Shown one piece after another: positions 56,101 through 64,000 of a stretch of 64,000 nt of DNA. Source of the stretch: Paraspadella gotoi (taxonomy: Eukaryota > Animalia > Chaetognatha); contig CM119268.1 in NCBI GenBank assembly GCA_051294375.1, positions 23,631,938 to 23,695,937 on the forward strand, read 5' to 3'. Position 1 is the stretch's first letter, and each line of letters starts with the position of its first letter. The notes beneath the pieces were generated by a model that saw nothing but the letters and a program-made list of their open reading frames with translations, did no database searches and had not been told where the DNA came from. The translations under genes were made by a program, and so were the position numbers.

Positions 56101-59100
56101 AGAAAAACCCAAACTATTATACATGCAAATTTTATCAGAATCACTTTTATATGCCTCAGCATAATAGCAGAATGATGGGATTTTTGTTAGAACTCACTGT
56201 TTTTTAGAGTTTTAATTTTTTCGTTTGTATTTCAGTGTAAGTTGTCTGAAGAACTTGTGATATAAATAGTAATATAATATTAGGTATTTTTCTGAAAGCC
56301 CTTGTCAAATCTAAAGAGAATGAGTTACTTACTAATACCTTCGGCTATCAAAATTACTGTGCTTGCCCAGCTTAATATAATAAGATACTCAAAAACGAGA
56401 CATCTTTTTAAAACAATAGCTGAGAGTAAACTTTATGATTTTTATAAAATTGTTATTGGCATCTACAATAATTTTTTTCAGGATTTTTCATATACTTATA
56501 TAAATAATAAAATTTTTGTATAATAATTTAAAACTCGTCACCTATATTTTTAAAAAAATTTACAAATTATCAAAAATTCACTTGACACTCTTAATAATTA
56601 AGGCGGCAAGCTTACTTTCTATTTAAGCTTCTTCCGTAATATATATATATGTTAATATTTAATAAAATTACTTTGTTTAAAAAAGTCGCAAAAGTTCAAA
56701 AAAAATTGCATTAAAACACAGTGAGTTGGAAAATGGAAACCGATTTGAAAAGCCAACTTTCTCCACTCAATGATCAAGCATATCTAAACTGATCAATATA
56801 AATCTTTAATTACATAAATAGTTTAATATTTTTCACTCAATTAATTTTTTAAAAAAATCAAATAACACGGTTGCCAAATGACAGCGCTATCTCTACCGCG
56901 CTTGTAAAATTTCACCATGTATAATACTAAATCATCTAACTTCATATGATATCATCGCATTTGCATCTTTATAATAGTGACAACAAAAACCTCTTCATTG
57001 CTTGAAGCTCAAATCCACTAATCGTCCTGGTATTTGGGTTTCTTGTTCAGGAAAGCTATGAAGAACGATTGACGCAACACAATCATTTATTTTCATCTTC
57101 GAAAAACTTCAGCACAGCACTTCCAACAATGTTGAGAGCGCTAATGTGGGTCCTCCTGCATCTATCCATCTCAACTCTTTAACCTCTTCTTCAGACATGA
57201 ACGGGTCCTGAGCTGAATCACTAGAGCTTTCCACGCCCCCAGTGGTTAACGCATCCTCACGATTCCTTCTGCTGGCTGATACCATTCAGAATGATCCCAC
57301 TGTTTCTGCTTCATAGGCAGCGCGAACTTACTCCATCACCAAACTCCGTTTCCATTACTGAATAAAAGCAGTTACAGTGTACTCACCTTTCACGCATAGA
57401 GAGTGCACTGGCGCCCAAATATCAATTCTCGGTTTCTTTCCATTGGGATTTAATTGAGTTTCCAGCATTCTTTAACCATTCGTTTCTAGGCCACTGAGAC
57501 ATTTTGTCCTCAGCTCTTAGACGTGTATGCACAGCTCAGCAAAGCCTTAAACATTTTTTTTCAATTGATACCGATCCCGGTTTACTTCCAAATTTTCTAG
57601 ACATCCATAAAATTTAACTATTACAAGTGCATTGACCTCGCGGCTGCGTCTCTTTCACCGGGAACTTAGGAAGCTATAAACCAACCCGAATAGTCTCATT
57701 TCATCTTTCTCTCCGTACATCATACTGAACCAACCATTCGCACGTACCTCTTCTTGAGTATAAAACTTAAGATAAAAGGTTTCCTTCTAGCCTGACTGTT
57801 TTTAGTGCAGCCTTTGTATCGAACAGGTTGAAAGCTTCTTCTGATTCCCCAATTCTCTTGTAAGCTTCTTTTTTTGAACCATCTTCTTCCTCTGATTCCA
57901 ACTAAATTTGATTCCATGACACCGCAAAGCGTTCTCTGTTGATTGTGAACGAAATGACAAACCAATCATTGCAAGCTCCGGTGATGATATCTTCTTGCGC
58001 AAAAAATAAGAATCTCGTACTATTAAGAGTCAAGGGAGAACGACGACAAGCAAAGCCTATACAACCCCTTAACCATCCCGATACCCTTAACCTATCGCTA
58101 TTACACGACAATGACACTTTATGACACATTAATCGCGAGCTACCAACGGCGAATACTATCCAAGAACAACGTCTCTACTCACCTTTTGTCGCTTCACTTG
58201 TCACTCTGTCCTTCCTTTTGTTAAATACAGATTAATCTTTTTTGTCATTGTCTAAACATCTTCCCTTTAGAACTGCCATAAGTTTCGTGCGGGCTCACTT
58301 AAATTTGTAATTAAAACCTGCTCACCCGATGAGCGAATACTATTCCATGTCCATCAACGACTTGTTTTTGATACTAACAACCTTCCGGATCCTTACTACT
58401 CATGCGTTTAATAGAATGAGTGCTATACTTTTTCTCCTCAACGCTGCGCAGTCAATACCAGGCGACCGCCGGGGCGCTGGGCGCGCGGGGGGGGGGGAGG
58501 AGGGCAGTGAGGTTGTGAGAGGGTCGTGTGCTAGTACCCATTACGAAGTAAACATGATCCATTAAGAGATGCTACCGCTGGATCCCACGGTAAGAGTGCA
58601 GGCATCCCCCTGATGGTGGCAATCGACTATCGTACGTTGGTTGATGTACCGATTTCTCTTTGCTCCTCGTTTTGGTGGACCGACATGTTAGAAGGACACC
58701 CAAATCTGTATCATGAAGCGATAGAAAATTTTTGGTCGATTTGTCTGGGAGACGGAATCGGGTATAGGCAGTGAGCCGGTAATCAAACATTAATCCTCTT
58801 GCCACTTCTCTATACCTGCTTCTTCCGAGTATTTCCTGGTTGATGATGCTGAAGAGTCATTTGCCATACTCGAACCATCCGTACATCCCCTGATTTATAG
58901 CAGGTGTCTCTAATGTGCTGATTCGCACATCTGGACTATCATCGATCATGTTGCTTCCTCATAAGCAATCAGTCACCTCGACACAAGATGATATCTGTAT
59001 CAAATGACTGCGCTCTCATCAAAATGAAATAGCAGGTCCCTGCAAGCTTTCAATCAAGACTCGCTCTCAGTCTCGTTTATTCTATTTTATATCACAGGCG

Positions 59101-62100
59101 CCGGCATTCACACAGCGAATTCGTGTTTTTGGGACAAAGAATCGGACGGTAGCGTCACTGTGCGATGGGAAAACAAAACTATGTATTGCATTGTTTCTGT
59201 TTTCGGTCTTTCGCTTTGATACATAATTAGAGAAACATTATGCTGATTTAACATTTATTTATTTAACATTTAACATTTANNNNNNNNNNNNTTGTTATCA
59301 TTCTCATTTTATTTATTTTAAATAATTTTTTGTTAATGAAATTAGTACAAGCAATATAAAATTATCCGTTCATTTAATAAATAAGCTATCTTGGACGGAC
59401 TTTGGTGGTTTAAGGCCTTCATTACTCTTATGAGATAATGAAATAGCAGGTCCCTGCAAGCTTTCAATCAAGACTCGCTCTCAGTCTCGTTTATTCTATT
59501 TTATATCACAGGCGCCGGCATTCACACAGCGAATTCGTGTTTTTGGGACAAAGAATCGGACGGTAGCGTCACTGTGCGATGGGAAAACAAAACTATGTAT
59601 TGCATTGTTTCTGTTTTCGGTCTTTCGCTTTGATACATAATTAGAGAAACATTATGCTGATTTAACATTTATTTATTTAACATTTAACATTTATTTATCC
59701 AATGTGTTGCGTCACAATGACTTTCTGCTTCGCGAGTACTCGCGGCGCAACTAAAAGCATTCTTTGTAAAAATTGAATCGAATCGTTGCTATAAATTACG
59801 TGTATTGTCATTGATATCTATTTATTTCAATGCTTGCCTAATTCTTGTATTCCATGTTGCAAATCTCAATCTTTCCCTTTAACCATTCCTCCACCATCTG
59901 TTTCAAACATCTGCAGGATTCCGCGTCAAAATTCTGAAATTCGTCAAGAAGGAAATAAAATTCGCCAAGAATGTATGATTCCAATGCAGTAGCGGGCTAG
60001 CAGGACGCAGCAACGGTTGGTAAAGACAGTAGCACGCACACGCAGTAAAGCAGCAGCTATATATTTTATAAGAAAAACTCTTACGGGTCACTATTTGTGC
60101 GCGAACATTTTTCGAGACGTCCGGAGAACGACTAAGACAAAGACGATTATGATGAAGACGACAAACGACGCACGAACCGATGATGATGAAAGAGAGACAA
60201 GCGAACGACGACCGGACAACGAAGGCAACGCGACGACAAACAACGACAAAATTGACCAGCGTCATCTTTTCGAATTTCGAGACCAAAGATACGGCGCAAA
60301 TATTGGGCATATCTTGGGAAACGTCTTTCGGTCACGTTGTAACTTGAGATATTTCTAATCGTCTTCCATCACGTGAACTTCGCGGGCGAAAGTCGCTATT
60401 ATCACGTGATCAATTTTGTCTTTCGCCGCACGAAATCAACGTGAATGGACTCGATTTCGTCACATTCGAGGTCACGTATTTGACGTATTCAAGAGTCATT
60501 CGAGGTCAGGCGTGACTCCACACACATCTCAGTACATTGCGAAGGTGCGATGGAGAGACTTTAAAATCAACGTGATCTTACGAGACACGTGACGCCGGAG
60601 GGGAGATCGGGACGCCGAGATTTACTTGCGTACTGTGTGAACAATAGAAGGACGCGACGTTCACGAGCACGAAAGCAACGACGAACGAACTGGACACAAT
60701 CGAAATTGAATCATGGCGATGGACGACGAGCGAACCGTAACAGACGACGGCGAGCTGGCGGACGGCGGCGGCGCGGACGCTACAAAGGTCAAGGGCCAAA
60801 AAGTCGTAGGTTATGGGCGAAAATTGAAAAGGAGGGGGAGTATCGCACACGGGGGAGAGAGAGAGAGATCACAAAGAATGAACTAGATAAAAAATAGGTG
60901 AAGAAAATAAAAAATTAGAGACAGAATATAACAGCCTGAAAAATTTAACACTTTGAAGTTAAAACATTTTTCGTCTCTATGTGAAAAAAGCATCGTCATT
61001 ATTACAGTTATACAACTATTATACAGCCAATAAAGATCAAATATGTATCGTAATCAATGAACTAAAATAACGTATTTTTATGCAACAAGATTCATATTCA
61101 ATATTGTCCTACTATAAGNNNNNNNNNNNNNNNNNNNNNNNNNAAAGTTTTAACTAATAAGAGAAGAAATGAAAAGTGTAAAAAGATAAACTTAGTATTA
61201 GTAAGTATTTATGGGACTAGCTTTTCCTTGTTTATGACTGTCTTCGTTTTAAGTTTAGCTATTAATGAACTAGATGAGTATAAATTTTTATTAAAATTTG
61301 TGATTATTACAGAGAAATGGGAAAAAATGATATTTTTTTCGTCTTCACTTTAACAGAAAAAGTAAGAGAGAAATATTAGTAAAAGAGCGTAATTGAGACA
61401 TAAAAGCAAAATTGTATCGGAATAAACAGTGCTTAGGGTAGCGCCGTAAAAAAAAGACAAAATACGAGAATGATGAATCAACGAATTGTATTAATACTAT
61501 TAAGAAAAGGGAAAAGGGCCATCTCACTGCATGATTCTAACGAGGAACTCACGAATTTAAAGTTCCCACTGCTGCTAAACTTAATTTCAATAAATCTTTA
61601 ATGCGTTTCTTTAATAATTGGACAAATTCTGTGATGAAAAAATTTGAGATTTCCTTGGCCCCTAACATCTAATACTAAACCTAAAGATTCAGTGAGAAAT
61701 TGGTACACTACACAACCAATACAAAAAATTAAGCATTTATTTAAGAAGTGAGCTATCTGCGCCTGACTTTGGACTATCTTTCCCATTTAGTTTATTCAAA
61801 AGATTCGGTTAATCATTTAAGCTAAGAATTAAGGCTTTAAGGTCAGGGGATAAGGATACATTAAGGATTAAGGTTAAGAGATAAAGATACATTAAGGATT
61901 AAGGTTAGGGGATAAGGATTCATTAAGGATTTAGTTTAAAGATTAGGTATTAGAGTGAAAAGTTAGGATTAAGTTTATAGCCAAGGTATTTGATAAGCAT
62001 AAGTTTTTTTCATAATTAAGTTCAAGGATTAAAAACATTAATCAGAAGCTTTTGAAAAATTGTGCCCTATTTTCCTTTCACGATCTCCTTCTCATCCCCA

Positions 62101-62146
62101 ACTGCTTTTCTCCAGCAGCCTTTAAGAACAATGACAGCAGCAGAGA
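53105..62146. repeat. Redundant direct and inverted duplications in low-quality sequence
   Basis: 53110-53605 resembles 59293-59790 (and 59023-59279); 53660-54625 resembles 59905-61012 inverted; 54693-55770 resembles 61144-62146. The copies differ mostly by scattered indels and are bounded by N gaps. Confidence 0.8.
56011..56921. mobile_element. ~910-bp MITE with ~50-bp imperfect TIRs
   Basis: tacatggtacaattt...cgctgtcattggcaa versus ttgccaaatgacagcg...aaatttcaccatgta; TA at both ends. Confidence 0.6.
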
Positions 62147-62216
62147 NNNNNNNNNNNNNNNNNNNNNNNNNGCTGAAGGAGAGAAAGATTTACTAAAAAA
62201 ATATTAATTGACTTAC

Positions 62217-62245
62217 CATAGGCCTCTTACGGCGCCATTACCCAT
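62217..62245 (-). CDS. Possible first coding exon (MGNGAVRGL...) of a gene running into the N gap
   Basis: ATG GGT AAT..., then a GTAAGT donor, a 44-nt AT-rich intron and a ctttctctccttcAG acceptor at 62173, just before the gap. The sequence is too short to identify. Confidence 0.25.
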
Positions 62246-64000
62246 TCTCCAGCTCCGCTAGCCGATCTGTCTTTATTTTTTAATGCAAATGACAAAATAT
62301 CTCATGAAAGCATCGTGTAAGAAATCGTTGTTAAATAAGAACTGACTCTGTTAAATATTGTTACAGCAATTATTAAATAACTATAATAATTAATATATAA
62401 ATAATCAATTATACATCATTTGTTCAGTAAAATGAATTTTTAGATCGGCAAAGATGTTTTGTCGACTATTATTCATAAACCTCTCTCAATTTTAAGCATT
62501 ATATGTTGCCTCTTTTTAGTCTGTCATACAAGGATGTTAATCTATCATTACAGATAAATAAATAAATAATCCCTGAAAAATGGTATTGACACCGCTGGCG
62601 GCGTGTGGGCATGGCCATTCAGGGAAGAAAAAGGGCTCGACGTCGTGTTCTTATCCGCTTTGTTGGAAGCCCCTGAATCTCTCTGATTCACTCACTCCTC
62701 TCTCTCTCTCTCATTCTGCTGAAGAGAACTTCTGTCTGCAACGCTATGCGTCCTTTTGTCGGTGGCGTTTTGAAGAGGTCGCTCGTATTCCAAAAAATGA
62801 TTTGACAAGAGTCTCGCCTGACTTCAATCTCGGCCGCTGAAGTATAAAACGAGAATTCTCCCAAAACTCTAAAAACGTTTTAATCTCGGTGACAGAAGTG
62901 GCAAATATGTGACACATAACGTGAAACGAATAAACAGTCGCGAAATAACCCCCGTTAAAAATAAACGGTTTTCGGAGACGATGCAACAACTTGCCGAAGA
63001 GTGGTTTCTTAACGACTGAAACGCGGATCCATAATAAGATTCATAAAAGTGAAGACGTTCAAAAATGACACAGCAACGTTATAAACAGGTCCCGAGATTT
63101 TGAGAGAGAGAAAAATGACCTCGCTCAAATTGATACGAGAAAAACGACGAGCGCAATTTCTCACTTACACTCTCTCGTCCTCTTTCTCCCACATTTAACC
63201 TGCAATTTTTTGTAATTAACTACAAATACTGCACATGATCGAAAAAACGAAATGGCGTTCAACAATATGTCTGCAAATAATTAAATAAATTCATTGTGAA
63301 AATTCGCGAACAATTTTATTCTAAATCTACTTCACCGAACCGAAATGAAAGCAAAAAACAAACAGATTATAGACAGACGAAACAACAGAAACGTGATATC
63401 TCGGAATCATCCCGATTAGAATTTTTTATTAAAGTCATTGTTTTAGCGATCAGCAGCAGTAGCCTGCTGAACGATCCGAACAGTTTTATCCGCTCGTTCA
63501 CACGCCCCGGTGCGATACCGTTTTTAATTATACGTATAAACAAGTGATTCTTGAACACTTTGGGATCATCGCATTTCTTATAAGGGAGTAAGAAAGTGGG
63601 GGCAACTCAACACGTAAATGATTATCTTTTCTCTTTCAAATTCGCAATTGGTCTTCGCGTAAAATACGTTTCGACGGGGCAGAGACCCCAGCTATATTGT
63701 CCCGTTGGTCAGCGTCAAGGTTGGCTACGGCGTTGTGTAAATGAACATTACAGGCAAAAGTTGGCTTAAGTGTTGTAATCGCCCTATCTCTATCGTTTTC
63801 ATTCCTTCTAACCTTTTTTGTTACTTTTTTTAGCATAAAAAATTATATGTCTAAATGCTCTTTTATTTAACAATAATAAAGTTTTGGGGAACCTGTTACT
63901 ATATTTAGATACCATTTCCATTTATTCTAAAATATTTAATGATCAAACTTCAATTCGTATAACTATATGGATAACCCACCAAAAACAATTTTGTGTAGCC

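Noticed and set aside
56980-59020. Higher-GC stretch as a decayed transposon ORF
   Set aside because: There is no continuous frame or recognisable motif and the sequence is indel-noisy; it needs a frameshift-aware search.

Overview
AT-rich, intron-rich eukaryotic (most likely metazoan) DNA from a gapped scaffold; no bacterial features, rRNA, tRNA or CRISPR were seen. Three spliced genes can be rebuilt by hand with GT-AG introns and consistent phases. (1) A minus-strand type-I membrane protein at 1698-14671, probably with a further S/T-rich exon at 27409-27660, reading [mucin]-unknown region-ZP-like domain-RRKR furin site-Sushi-cbEGF-SEA-EGF-TM. (2) A two-exon CD225/dispanin gene at 34967-36385 (+). 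(3) A divergent 7-exon, 377-aa actin at 42409-46392 (-). Bases 4942-26966 form a ~22 kb near-perfect palindrome with a 26-nt spacer; the right arm carries a frameshifted mirror copy of most of gene 1 and is more likely a long-read/WGA fold-back artefact than a real duplication. Non-coding DNA is full of small mobile elements: Penelope-type inverted repeats carrying minimal hammerhead ribozyme motifs (best copy 29523-29569), TAG...CTA MITEs with 7-bp target-site duplications, Helentron/DINE-like elements, TTAGGG-like TIR elements and a LINE zinc-finger remnant. Bases ~51.6-62.2 kb look like noisy, redundant gap-fill sequence. All calls are by eye; no database search was run.
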